Source: Octopus vulgaris (taxonomy: Eukaryota). Taken from it: a DNA stretch of 64,000 nucleotides. This document shows, piece after piece, positions 40,093 to 52,335 of this stretch. The notes under the pieces are model-generated. The model saw nothing but the letters and a program-made list of their open reading frames with translations, did no database searches and was not told the DNA's origin. A program made the translations under genes and the position numbers. Location: contig OX597814.1 of assembly GCA_951406725.2 (NCBI GenBank), positions 197,098,001 through 197,162,000 of the forward strand. The letters are read 5' to 3'. Within the stretch, counting starts at the first letter, position 1; every line of letters begins with the position of its first letter.

Positions 40093-40590
40093 CAGGCTGT
40101 TGAAGGAGAGCAAGCCGAAACTTCGAAAACACTGCAAACTTTTCCTTGTTAAAAGTTAATGTGTACTGCACTCGATAGATAGACAGGTGGTGAGGAAGTA
40201 TAAATGAATGAATGAATGAATGAATGAATAAGAGGAAGAGAGCGAGAGAGAGAGAGAGAGCAAAGTACCCAACGATATCTCTTTAGAGTTCCAATAACGA
40301 ATAATAATATTCAGTATTATAAATCAAAGATAAGAGATAGAATCTAAATTTGTGTAAAATTGAGTGGATGATGTGCGCGTGAATATTTATTACTTGTATC
40401 GCTATGTAGTGACGTAAATCCATACAAAAATGTTCCCACGCTCTCGCCATTTTGTTCTTTCGTATATGAATTAATACTGTTGCGGTAATAAGTTCAAGTA
40501 GTTGAAGTAGGTACAGATTTTGTGTGGCTGCGTGGTGCAATATGAGTCTGTATAATGATATAGCCATATATGTGTGTGCGTGCGTGCCTG

Positions 40591-40885
40591 GGACCTATTC
40601 CCTTTGAACGGCAGACCGAGAAATTAAGATTTTGTAACCAAACACTCTCAAACTTATGACACTGGTAGAAACAACAGTGACAAACTAAATATACACCGCC
40701 GGAAGTTGTTGTTGACAAACAACGGCAGTAATTTTATTCAGCTGAATACACGTCATTGATTGGTTGAAATTACAGAAATACGACAACTTTAACATGAAAT
40801 AACTTCGTAAATAGAAACTTTTCTCAAAAATGCTGGGAGTAAAAGATGTTTTATATGACACATTCTACCAGTATGCGAAGTTTAA
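40591..40885. mobile_element. Partial tandem duplicate of the Merlin-like MITE (right TIR truncated)
   Basis: Aligns with 40921-41215 at a 330-bp offset, including ~33 bp of left flank. Confidence 0.88.
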
Positions 40886-40920
40886 GAATATAGCCTTATA
40901 TGTGTGTGAGTGCGTGTCTG

Positions 40921-41272
40921 GGATCATTTCCCTTTGAACGTCAGACCGAGAAATAAATATTTTGTAACTAAACACTTTAAAAATTCGGAGACTGGTAGAA
41001 ATAACAGTGACAAACGAAATATACACCGCTGGAAGTTGTTGTTGACAAACAACGGCAGTAATTTTATTCAGCTGAATACACGTCATTGATTGGTTGAAAT
41101 TACAGAAATACGACAACTTTAACATGAAATTACTTCGTGAATAGAAACTTTTCTCAAAAATGCTGAGAGTAAAAGATGTTTTATATGACATATTCTACCA
41201 CTGTGCGAAGTTTGAAAGTGTTTAGTTACAAAAAATTAATTTCTCGATCTGCCGTTCAAAGGGAAAAGATCC
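40921..41272. mobile_element. MITE with ~80-bp TIRs, GG termini and 8-bp TSD (Merlin-like)
   Basis: GGATCATTTCCCTTTGAACG...CTGGTAGAA versus TTCTACCA...CGTTCAAAGGGAAAAGATCC; TSD CGTGTCTG (40913-40920) / CGTGACTG (41273-41280). The superfamily assignment is inference. Confidence 0.8.
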
Positions 41273-41309
41273 CGTGACTGTGTGTGAAACAGTGTGCATT
41301 AGCTGTTAG

Positions 41310-41947
41310 TATGTTGATTTCAAATTTTGACACAATGTCAACAATTTCGGAGAGAGGGCAAGCTGATTGCGTTGACCCCCACTGCTCTCATGATACGTAA
41401 TTTATCGATCCTCACCACAAAAAAAATTAAGATCAAAAGCAAAGTCGATATCGGAGAAAGATGAACAGGCGTAGGAGTAGCTGTGTGGTAAGTAGCTTGC
41501 TTACGAACCACATAATTCCGGGTTCAATCCTACTGCGTGACACCTTGGGCAAGTGTCTTCTACTATAGCCTCGGGCCAACCAAAGCCTTGAGTGGATTTG
41601 GTAGACGGAAACTGAAAGCAGCCCGTCGTATATATGTATATATGTATGTATGCGTGTGTATGTTTATAAATCTGTGTTTGTACCTCCAACATCGATTGAC
41701 AACGGATGCTGGTGTGTTTACGTCCCCGTAACTTAGCAGTTCGGCAAAAGACACCGATAGAATAAGTAGTAGGCTTACAAAGAATAAGTCCTGGGGCCGA
41801 TTTGCTCGACTCTGGGCGGTGCTTCAGCATGGCCAAAATCAAATGACTGAAACAAGTAAAAGAGTAAAAGAGCAAAGCATGAAGCCGTACGAAATGCCGC
41901 TAAGCATTTAGCCCGGAGTGCTAACGATTCGAGCAGCTCGCTGCCTT
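41310..41947 (-). mobile_element. Old family-B SINE interrupted by a family-A insertion
   Basis: B sequence at 41310-41466 resumes at ~41874 (cgtacgaaatgccgctaagcatt...agctcgctgcc). Confidence 0.8.
41467..41872 (+). mobile_element. SINE family A, full length, nested in family B
   Basis: AGGCGTAGGAGTAGCTGTGTGGTAAG...AAACAAGTAAAAGAGTAAAAGAG. Confidence 0.92.
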
Positions 41948-42271
41948 CGTTAGGATAGGTTCATGTTCCCGAAGCCATACATTCGATCCTTGTGCGGGCT
42001 CTTCGTTGCGTCGTTCAACAAAAGGTTTTCATTACACCTTGCTCCAGCTTTCGCACACTCTTTCTCTTCCCTACCTCTTTATGTTCTCTCTCTCCCTCTC
42101 TGTCTCTCTCACATACACACACTTCAGCTGCTGTACAAGCTGTTGCTCCGCTGGATCAACGGTAGAAATTAAGAGAACGTGCCTATGTTTGCTCCCAAAA
42201 ACAATAAAATTTGAAACTACTGCAATCAATGTCTTTCCCTCTCTTTTTCTTTCACTTCCTGTCTCTTTCAA

Positions 42272-42326
<55 letters not shown>

Positions 42327-43331
42327 ATTTTCTTTCTTTCTTCAGACAGCGGGAAAAAAAGAGAGGAGAAAGAAAGAGATTTAGAACTTCTTTTGTGCGT
42401 AGTTACATCTTTACACAACCACTTTACAAATGACCTATGAAAAAGAGATTTTTTTCCCTATGAAACAGCAATCAATATGGCGAACATTATATTGTACAAA
42501 TCACCAGTAACATAAATCTATTTGCACAATTCCACTCACGTGATAATCTCCTTCATAATGCAATTATGATTGAGTTTTATTAATATCTGAAACAACTTGG
42601 CTTTAGTCATGTATGAATTTTTGGCTGCTAACATTTAACACATCAAGAAGTGGAACTCAGACGCAGAAAAATTAATGAGGTCACTAAGACACTAGAAGAC
42701 ACTAGAGAGATTGTATACTGTATTTGTGAACACAATTAAATATTCTTACTTACCAGATGTACTATAATCACATAGCAACATTTCAAGTCTTTCCAGATGC
42801 AATATAATCTCATAACCATAATTTTATTGCGTCCAATTCATATTTCCTTGTTTCCTTTTCGTTTAAATTTATTTACTGTTTGGACTCAATTGACATTCTA
42901 AATATTGTTGCAATCAGGTTTTTTCATATAGGCGCAGGCTGTATGGTAAGAAGCTTGCTTCTCAACCATATGGTTCTGGGTTCAGTCCCACAGCGCGGCT
43001 TCTTGGGCAAATATCTTCTACTATAACCTCGTGAATTTGGTAGACAGTGATTTGGTAGATAAAAATTAAAAGAATCTTGTCACACAAACACACACACACA
43101 CACACGGTATGCCCCGATACTAGTCTATTTTACTTGGTCATTGCACGGTAATCGCTATAAGCTTCCATCTTATAAAAGTACCATTATCATCATTTGCAGG
43201 ATTATAAAACTTCGCACCGTATATCAAAAGCATTCACATCGGAAGCACGTAGAAAATTTGTTTGCATAAAAACAACTACAAACTAATGTAGTTCTTAAAT
43301 TTGACATATACATAGATAGATAGATAGATAG

Positions 43332-43620
43332 CGAGGGCGCATGTCTTAGTGGGTTGAGTGTTGCACTAACAATCGCTAATATGTGATTTCAATTCCTAGA
43401 CAGGGTGGTGCGTTGTGTTATTGAGCAAAACATTTCATCTAAAGTTGGTCTGCGTTCACTTCGGCACCTGATGCATGGTACACCGTGCGACTGTTCAGAT
43501 TTGATGGAGCGAGTGAGCTCATGTGCGGCACGAACATCTTATCACTATAATAAATCATTTGGGTAGGTCGTTCGGCAAAAGCTAAACGCTCGTTCGTCGT
43601 CTTCGACGGGAGGGTCCATC
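43332..43620 (+). mobile_element. tRNA-derived SINE with D-like head/core and a different tail
   Basis: gagggcgcatgtcttagtgg...ttcaattcc...gttgtgttattgagcaaaacatttcat; tail ...cgtcgtcttcgacgggagggtcc; embedded in (GATA)n. A family-A 5' half lies at ~42930-43075. Confidence 0.65.
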
Positions 43621-43648
43621 ATAGATAGATAGACGGACGGACAGATAG

Positions 43649-43838
43649 ACGAAATTGTGCCGAAAAGTTCCTGGGTTTGAGTAAAAGAAAGTACAGGAAG
43701 ATCAATTGATTATGATTTTATTCAACATATTCCCTTCTCAGATTCACACAATTATTGCGGTAGCCCTTCAGTTTTTCTACGCACTATAAAAGAACTTGGA
43801 AGGCCTTTTGCAATACCTTTAAAGCCAAGAACTTTTCA

Positions 43839-43842
<4 letters not shown>
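43649..43842 (-). mobile_element. Mariner-derived MITE, second family (copy 1)
   Basis: TIR gtgccgaaaagttcctgggttt / aaagccaagaacttttcagca; minus strand retains EKLKGYRNNCVNLRREYVE*, a mariner-like C-terminus. Confidence 0.8.
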
Positions 43843-43883
<41 letters not shown>

Positions 43884-43888
43884 CATAC

Positions 43889-44072
43889 ACAAGGGGGTAT
43901 GGGAAGTTCCTGAGCAAAAGAAAATACAAGAAGATCAGTTAATTATGATTTTATGCAACATATTCCCCTCTCAAATTCAGTCACTTATTGCAGTGGTCCT
44001 TCAGTTTTTCTAATCCCTGTAAAAGAACCCGGAAGGTTGGATCTCGAACCAGGCCTTAAAGCACTCTGTCGT
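43889..44072 (-). mobile_element. Mariner-derived MITE, second family (copy 2)
   Basis: Homologous to 43649-43842; a third partial, inverted copy lies at ~45993-46105. Confidence 0.75.
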
Positions 44073-44390
44073 ATACATATACAGTATATATATGAATGTA
44101 ATTATAAGTATATTTATGTGTGTGTGTGTGTGTGTGTGTGTTTGGGTGTATTTGTGTCTGTATTTGCTCTCTACCACCGATTTTCAACTGGTGTTGGTGT
44201 CTTTACGTCCCGTAACTTAGCAGTTTGATAAAAGAGACCGATAGGATAAGCAATAGGCTTAAAGAAAAAGTAAGTACGGAAGTCGATTCATGAAGAAACT
44301 TAATAAAAAAAAACTACTGATCAAGGTGGTGCACCAGCATGGCGGCAATCTTATGAGTAAAAGACATCAGTTGCAAATATATACATATAT

Positions 44391-44783
44391 AGGCGTAGGA
44401 GTGGCTGTGTGGTAAGTAGTTTGCTTACGAACCACATGGTTCCGGGTTCAGTCCCACTGCCTGGCACCTTGGGCAAGTGTCTTCTACTATAGCCTCGGGC
44501 CAACCAAAGCCTTATGAGTGGATTTGGTAGACGGAAACTGAAAGAAGCCCGTCGTATATATGAATATGTATGTGTTTGTATGTGTCTGTGTTTGTCCCGC
44601 CAACATCGCTTGACAACCGATGCTGGTGTGTCAACGTCCCTGAAACTTGGCGGTTCGGCAAAAGACACCGATAGAAAAAGTACTAGGCTTACAAAGAATA
44701 AGTCCTTGGGTCGACTTGGTCGACTAAAGGCGGTGCTCCAGCATGGCCACAGTCAAATGACTGAAAGAAGTAAAAGAGTAAAA
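44391..44783 (+). mobile_element. SINE family A, near-consensus full length
   Basis: Head after tatat; A and B boxes intact. Further A fragments at ~44140-44350(+), 45155-45345(-), 45348-45515(+), 45618-45778(+) and 46190-46310(+). Confidence 0.95.
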
Positions 44784-45541
44784 TATATAATTTTTCAAAG
44801 ATATACAGTTAGAAACCTGTATTCCAAAATGAAATTTCAACTTTCCTAACTTTCTTAACCTTCAGGCGTTTCTTCGCAAATTTTAATACTTATTTTGGCA
44901 AAAGTATTCAGTAGTATTTTGGCAGACCAAGTATACAGTACACATCTCAAAAAAGTTTTATTCTTCAGAGGCTCTGAATAGGAAACCGTCCAACTGATCC
45001 TGTCATACATAACATTTCATATCGAGAACATTTTAGACATCTCAGCTGTAGAGTTATTCTCTTGAAATTGACAGTACATTCAGTATATATTAAATGGCAA
45101 GAAAACCGACACAGCATGCTTTAGGTTAAATTTCTAAACAAGTTACATTAGTATCTTTTATCTTGTATTTGTTTCACTCAATTTGACTGCGGAAATGCTG
45201 GGGCTCTGTCCTGAAGGGCTTTATCCCTACAAATCGACACCAGGATTTATTTTTAAAGCATCGTACATATTCACTTGTTCTCTTTTTGCCGAGACGCTAG
45301 CCGCTAAGTTACAGGGACGTGAACACACCGACACCGGTTTCTGTAAACAGGTGCTGGCGTGTCCGTGAGGTTAAGAAGCTCTCTTTGCGGTCACTTAGTT
45401 TTGTGTTCAGTCTCACCACACGACTACTTGGACAAATGTCAATTTACTATAGCTCCGGGCTAACCAGTACCTTGTGAGAGAATTTGGTACCGAAAGAGTA
45501 AGGAAACACGCCGTCTCTCTCTTGCTCTCTCTCTCTCTCTT

Positions 45542-45621
<80 letters not shown>

Positions 45622-45799
45622 ACCGGAGTGATTGTGTGGTAAAAAGCTTGCTTCCGAACCTCATGGTTCCGGGTTCAGTCCCACTGCCTGGCAATTTGGG
45701 CAAGTTTCTTCTATTTGTTCGACTACAGGCGGTGCTCCAGTACGGCCGCAGTCAAATGACTGAAACGAATAAAAGAATATGTGACCTCGTATGTACCGT

Positions 45800-45978
45800 T
45801 GGCGATTTTTTTTCCTCTGTCTTCCCCTCTCTGGACCTTTCCTTCTTCTATTTCCGACGAAGAACTCCGCTCGAAACGTTAAACCCTCCTTCTTTCCTGA
45901 GCGTCCAATAATACTATATTTGTTCCACGTCTTCGCGTTGTTGTGTTTTTTTTGTGCTTTCTTGTTTGGATTAACTTT
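45800..45978 (+). mobile_element. Family-E related repeat (copy 5, different subfamily)
   Basis: 45851-45883 TTT-CCGACGA-A-GAAC-TCC-GCTC-GAAAC-GTT-AAA followed by ttcctgagcg...gtcttcg as in the other copies; ends at (TA)n. Confidence 0.6.
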
Positions 45979-46825
45979 ATATATATACACACATGAAGGG
46001 GTGCTAAAATGTTGCTGGTTTTAAGGGTCTTTCGAAAGACCTAACTGGAGGCCCAAGCTTCCGAATTCTTTACAGGACCGCTGCAATAAATGTGTGAAAT
46101 TGAACGGAAACCGACCTCCTTACACACAAACCTACGTCCGCGCCAACATTCAGAAATTTAAACCTTATATTTCTAAATAATTCCGATGAAGGAAGCTTGC
46201 TTCTGAACCACATGGTTACGGGTTCAGTCCCACTGCATGGAACATTGGGCAAGTGTCTTTTTCTATAGCCTCAAGCCCACCACAGCCTTGTGAGTGGATT
46301 TGGTAGATGTTGTATAAATGATTCTTTCTGAATAGCTATTTTTTATGTAATTTGTTAACCAATCCCCTTGGCCACTAAAATAGACCGCCGTAACCCAAGT
46401 ATTCAGTATGTCCAAATTTGTGGAAAGTTAAATGGCTGATCTGTCTATTTTGGTGGCAAACGAAATCTATATAGCTTTACGTTCAACGTTTCTGTGTTTG
46501 ATTCGTTCAACAACATAGAAGGTGTGATATATCGGCATGAAATGCTAAAATATACAGACATATTTATTATTATAGCTACTTATAAACACCTGAGATCATG
46601 GATTATATATGTGTGCGAGTGTGTATAACAGCAAGAGAGAGAGAGTGAGTGAGTGAGTGAATGCGTAAGGTATTAATGTATTTTTGGCTATATCTAAATA
46701 AATAAATATATATATATATATATATAATATGCACTTATATGTGTGTTTCTGTGTACAAAAGTAGATAGCTACAAATATATGAATATATATATATATATAT
46801 CCTCATTTATGCACTCATATATATG

Positions 46826-46896
<71 letters not shown>

Positions 46897-47205
46897 AATG
46901 ATATATTTCTTTACAGATAAAACTTTATTATATCAAGTATCATATTTGCTTAAAATCTAATTATACCCATTAGACGAAAAATATAACCAATTTCTCGGAG
47001 GAGCTTAAGGCGTGTGTACATGTATGTGTGTGTCTGTGTGCGTGTAAGTGTAAATCCATGGGCATATACATATATACTCTATATATGTAAATACAATACA
47101 TATGTGTATGTATGTATGTATGTATGTATGTATGTATGTATGTATGTGTATATATATGTGTGTGCATGTATGTATGTAAATATATATATATATATGTATA
47201 TATAA

Positions 47206-47236
<31 letters not shown>

Positions 47237-48384
47237 TATATATACCTGTGTATGTATGTGTGTTTGTAAGAATGCCTTGTTTGCAGTCTACATTATTAAC
47301 TATCGATCAATATTTCTCCTATTTTACTTTCCGTTTTGTAAATGGTAGAATTTTTTTTATATATATATTTTAATAATGACATTCTCATCCATTTAATTCC
47401 CTAACTATCTGTCCTTTTCAATACATTTAACTAGTCCTCACAACCGTTTGTTTTTGTTTTATCTCTTTTCTTTTTTTTTTGCTTTTAATCAGATGAATGC
47501 AAATATAATTCGTTGAAATTTACAATTTATACAGTTCGCCAGAAATAATCATTTTTCGTTTTCTTTTTTTTTTTCCTTTCTCTCGCAAAGCCAGCCTCCA
47601 GACATCTAAACGTAGATACTGCTTGGCTGTCTCGTGATAGGAAGGCCGACCAGCAGTTTTAATACGGCTGCGACATACGTTTACCGTAGATTGCTCTGAC
47701 ATTTTCGAATATCAAATATATTACAGGAATCCCTGGTTTACTGAAACCAAGGAAACATTGTACAAATATCAATATTACATTAATACGATTCTTGTTCAGC
47801 ACAGATATTGATTCGTGTTTTGGCAAGAATACAATATTTTTTCAACACTGTCTCTCTTGCTAATTTTACGATTCAAAGAATACCAGATATAGATGTCAAA
47901 TATAACTGATCTAGTTAGAAGCGACTATTATTGGACCACGTAAAGAAGACTGCTCTCAATTAAAGTAAATAAGACAATTGTGTGTACTTAATCCTTTTGT
48001 TTCACTTCAAATAAGCAGAACGGATGCTTCCGTTATGGATATAGAACAAGGACGATATGGGGCGGAATAAAGTAATATGTACTTAAATGATCTTAACTTT
48101 TTCTCTGAATTGCTAACCTACATATTCTGCGCATTGATTCTGTTATTAGAAAAGCTAAACTAGTTATTAATAATTTAAATACTGGATAATTCAAACTGAA
48201 TAGTACAAAAAGAAAAGATAGATGTGAGTGATGTAAGGAATATATTGCAAAAATACAGATGTAACATGAAAGAGTAACTCTTCACATTTTTACTGACAGT
48301 CAAAGGCGTTTAATGTTGGCACCCGTTTCCACACGGCAGACATTTACATGATAGCCTAGTTCTTGCTAAACCCGTACCAGCATA

Positions 48385-48999
48385 TTCTTTTCTATTCTAG
48401 GCACAATGCCCGAAACTTTTTGGGAGGGGGCCAGTCGATTAAATCGACCCCAGTACGCAGCTGGTACTTAACTTATCCACCCCGGAAGGATGAACGGCAA
48501 AGTCGACCTCGGTGGAAGTTGCACTCAAAACATAAAGACAGACGAAATACCGCGAATCATTTCACCCCGCGTGCTAACGTTTCTTATTTGTTTATTGTCC
48601 TCAAGGGGCTCAGCATAGAGGGGACAAACAACGACAGACAAACGGATTAAGTCAATTATTTTGAACCCAGTGCGTAACATGTACTAAATTTACCGACCCC
48701 GAAGGGATGAAAGGCAAAGTTGATCTCGGCGGAATTTGAACGCAGAACGTAACGGTAGACGAAATACCTATTTCTTTACTACCCACAAGGGGCTAAACAC
48801 AGAGAGGACAAACAAGGACAGACAAACGGATTAAATCGAGTATATCGACCCCAGTGCGTAACTGGTACTTATTTAATCGACCCCGAAAGGATGAAAGGCG
48901 AAGTCGACCTCGGCGGAATTTGAACTCAGAACGTAACGGCAGACGAAATACCGCTAGGCATTTCGCCCGGCGTGCTAACATTTCTGCCAGCTTACCGCC
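48385..48999 (-). mobile_element. SINE family B trimer (head+long tail, long tail, short tail)
   Basis: Junction type 1 at 48768/48769 (gaaatacc|tatttc); junction type 2 near 48583 (gtgctaacgtttc|ttatttg). Confidence 0.9.
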
Positions 49000-49034
49000 A
49001 TAGCGAGAACATTTATTACGAATTAATGTGGAAC

Positions 49035-49395
49035 TTACACCTGTGCCAGCATAGCCTGATGAATTAAGTCGACTGCATCACCTATCTGCTCCTTTATCTC
49101 CTGTAATGCCTATTGAAGTAGGGATATGAGCATTTTGCCATTCAGATATCCCCAAGTAAAAAGTCCCAACGCGTTGTGTCGAATAACCTGATGGAGTAGA
49201 CCATCAATGGCAAATCAGTCACGCCAGCACGGCCAATCCAGTGTTCTCCGTGATGCCGGTTGAGGTAGTCGCACACGTATCGATGCCAATGTGGTGGGGT
49301 CCCGTCTTGCTGTATAATAAAGTCGGATACCTCTTATTCCAGTTGGGGCAACAATTCAATAGACATGTCGAGATAGGTGCACTCTGTAACAGAGG
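49035..49395 (-). pseudogene. Tc1/mariner transposase fragment, DD41D (rosa/Visitor)-like
   Basis: Manual minus-strand translation: SVTECTYLDM..LLPQLE*EVSDFIIQQDGTPPHWHRYVCDYLNRHHGEHWIGRAGVTDLPLMVYSIRLFDTTRWDF-(frameshift)-WGYL...LQEIKEQIGDAVDLIHQAMLAQV; stops and a frameshift present. Confidence 0.85.
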
Positions 49396-49946
49396 ACGAT
49401 TTATTTTGAATTACCCGGTATTGTTGCTTACTTAGGAGAGGGAAAAACGTCTTATTACAAAAGCTGCGGACTAAAATATTTATTTAACTATTGTTATTCA
49501 ATAGAAGTGTACTTCAACGGCTCTGAATTCCACAAGATCTTTTAGGATTCACCGACGTATTTACACTTTATTTCGCTTTATTTGCATTGAGTTTATTTCA
49601 GGACAGTCTTTTTTTGCGGATGACATTGCAAATTGCTTTAGCAACAACATCGTACCGCATAGGAATGTATGCATGTATGTATAATATCTTAGGCCTATTA
49701 GTTGCAAGCTTTACGATTCATTATGCCAAAACTTAGATATGGAAACGTAATATTCTCTCCTGCACATATGTGCTCTACTAAATTTCACTGTTTGAAAGCA
49801 ACAGACAGGATATGCGTAGTTGCAATACATTCGATCATAAATCCGCTGATAACTTGTTAATCTATGGCTGAAGGATAAAATCTGTATAAAAAAATCTATT
49901 ATTTATACAGATAAGATATATTTGCTGTCCTTCAATGGTGGATTTT

Positions 49947-50248
49947 GTGGAGGCACATGGCCTTGTGGTTAGAGCAGCGAACTCGCGGTCGAGGGATTGC
50001 GGTCCGAATCTCAGACCGGGCGATGTTTGTGTTTATGAGCGAAACTCCTAAGCTCGACGCGTCTCCGGCAGAAGGTTATGGCGAACTTCTACTGACTCTT
50101 TCGCCACAACTTTCTCTCACTATTTCCTCCTGCATCTTGCAGCTCACCTGCGATGGACCGGCGTGCCGTCCAGTTGGGGAACCTATACGGAAAGGAAACC
50201 GGAAAACCGGCCCTTATGAGCCAGGCATGGCTCGAGAAGGAACAAAGG
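49947..50248 (+). mobile_element. SINE family C variant with C2-type tail
   Basis: GTGGAGGCACATGGCCTTGTGG head; ctgcgatggaccggc...gaaaccggaaaaccggccc tail; TSD ATGGTGGATTTT / ATGGTGGGTTTT. Confidence 0.85.
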
Positions 50249-50869
50249 ATGGTGGGTTTTAAACCTTCAGCAAGTACCACTTTCTTCTCTACCACAGCCA
50301 TAACTGTGTGTATGTATATTTAGCGTATGTGTACTTTTCTTGATGATTATTACTATGAGGTTTCGACGATTATGATTATGGTTACGAAGGAGTGAAAAGA
50401 AGAAATGAAAGTGCATAAAGTAATTAGATCAATGTTAAGAAACGGTAATGATTAATCAAAATTGACTATTGAATCTACGAATAGACTGTTTGAGTTTTCT
50501 TTCTAACAAAAAGAGAAGGCAAAAATGAAGAGAGAAAACGAGATAGAAAGCGCCACAGTAAGCGACAGCGAAAGATAGAGAAGTCATCAAGAGTAGCGTT
50601 GCTTATTTATTGTATTAAGCACGTTTTAAATGGCGATGGATAAATTGAACAGCTCTTCACAATCTACAAAAAGAAGAATTTCTATAACATTTCATTGTAT
50701 TATATTCTTTTTCACTTTAATGGTTATCCATGATATCATGAGCATCGTGAATCCTGAATTAAGTAATCTATTAGTGCCTACTTTCGCCAGACGTATAATA
50801 ATGTATTTTCCTTTAGAATGATATAAAGATATGCAATAGTCACACTCAAAACATCTTCAGTAATTAGAA

Positions 50870-51022
50870 TATATATATACATATATATTTATATATATAT
50901 ATATATATACATACACTAAATTTATATGTATATGTATATATACATATTATATACATACATATATATAAACTAAATTTATATATATATATTTATATATATA
51001 TATTTATATATATATATATACA

Positions 51023-51072
<50 letters not shown>

Positions 51073-51230
51073 CATACACTAAAGTTATATGTATATGTAT
51101 ATATACATATTATATACATACTTATATATAAACTGAATTTATATATATATATTTATATATATATACATATATGTATATATACATATACACATACATATAT
51201 AATATATACACATATACACAGCCACCCACA
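50870..51230. repeat. (TA)-rich tract with a ~163-bp tandem duplication
   Basis: atacactaaa-ttatatgtatatgtatatatacatattatatacata at 50911 and 51074. Confidence 0.85.
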
Positions 51231-51988
51231 CACAGAGACACACACACACACACACATATATATATAAATTTATATATGCACGCAAACATGCAGACATGTG
51301 TATTTACACATATGTATATATATTTATATACATACATGCATACGTACATATACACACCACATATATGCAAATACGCGCGTGTGTATATGTGTGTGTGTAT
51401 GATATGTATATTTTAGTATCTGAAGTTTTGATTATCTCCGATTTACCGTACAGAAATCAAGTCTGTATGTCTTCTGCTGTTATTGTATATTCCGAAATGA
51501 GCTTTCGCTATAATATGAAATAGTTCAGGTAAATCCTCCTTCTCCGGCTTGCACTTCTTCTTCTTTTGCTTCTTCCACGACGACGACAACCACCACCACT
51601 ACTACTTCTACGATTACTACCACTGCTGCTGCGAATAATACGACGACGACGCCTACTTCTGCTACTACAACTACTACCACTACGATAAGGGTGACATATG
51701 AACATAAGAGATAAAGAAAATATAGCCCCACTAGAATAGAAGAGAACTGGTGCATATGGAATAGACCTGTCATGGCAGTAATCCAAAACTTTGCGGTTTC
51801 GCTTCCGGCTTTTTGCGCCCACAATTTAGACTTCGCCATTGACAACTTAACAATTATGCTCTTTGTCAGCCGATAGGATAAAACACCATTCCACAATTGA
51901 CCCCAGTCGATACCATCGGTCTCAGTCGATTGTATCATGGAACTTCCAGAAGATTGCATCGAATTATATGTAAACTAGGCTTACATCT

Positions 51989-52335
51989 AGGCGTAGCAGT
52001 GGCTGTGTGGTATGTAGCTTGTTTACCAACCACATAGTTCCATGTTCAGTCCCACTGTGTGGATAGCCTCGGGTCGACCAAAGCCTTGTGAGTGGATTTG
52101 GTAGACGGAGACTGAAAGAAACACGTCGTATATATGTATATACATGTGTGTGTATGCGTGTGTATATGTTTGTGTGTTTCTGTCTCCCCAACATCGCTTG
52201 ACAACCGATGCTGGTGTGTTTGCATCACCGATAGAATAAGTATAAGGCTTACAAGGAATATGTCCTGATGTCGATTTGCTCGATTAAAAGCGATGCTCCA
52301 GCATGGCCAGGCAAATGACGAGTAAAAGAGTAAAC
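51989..52335 (+). mobile_element. SINE family A with two internal deletions
   Basis: aggcgtagcagtggctgtgtgg...; a diverged B(-) copy follows at ~52400-52570. Confidence 0.88.
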
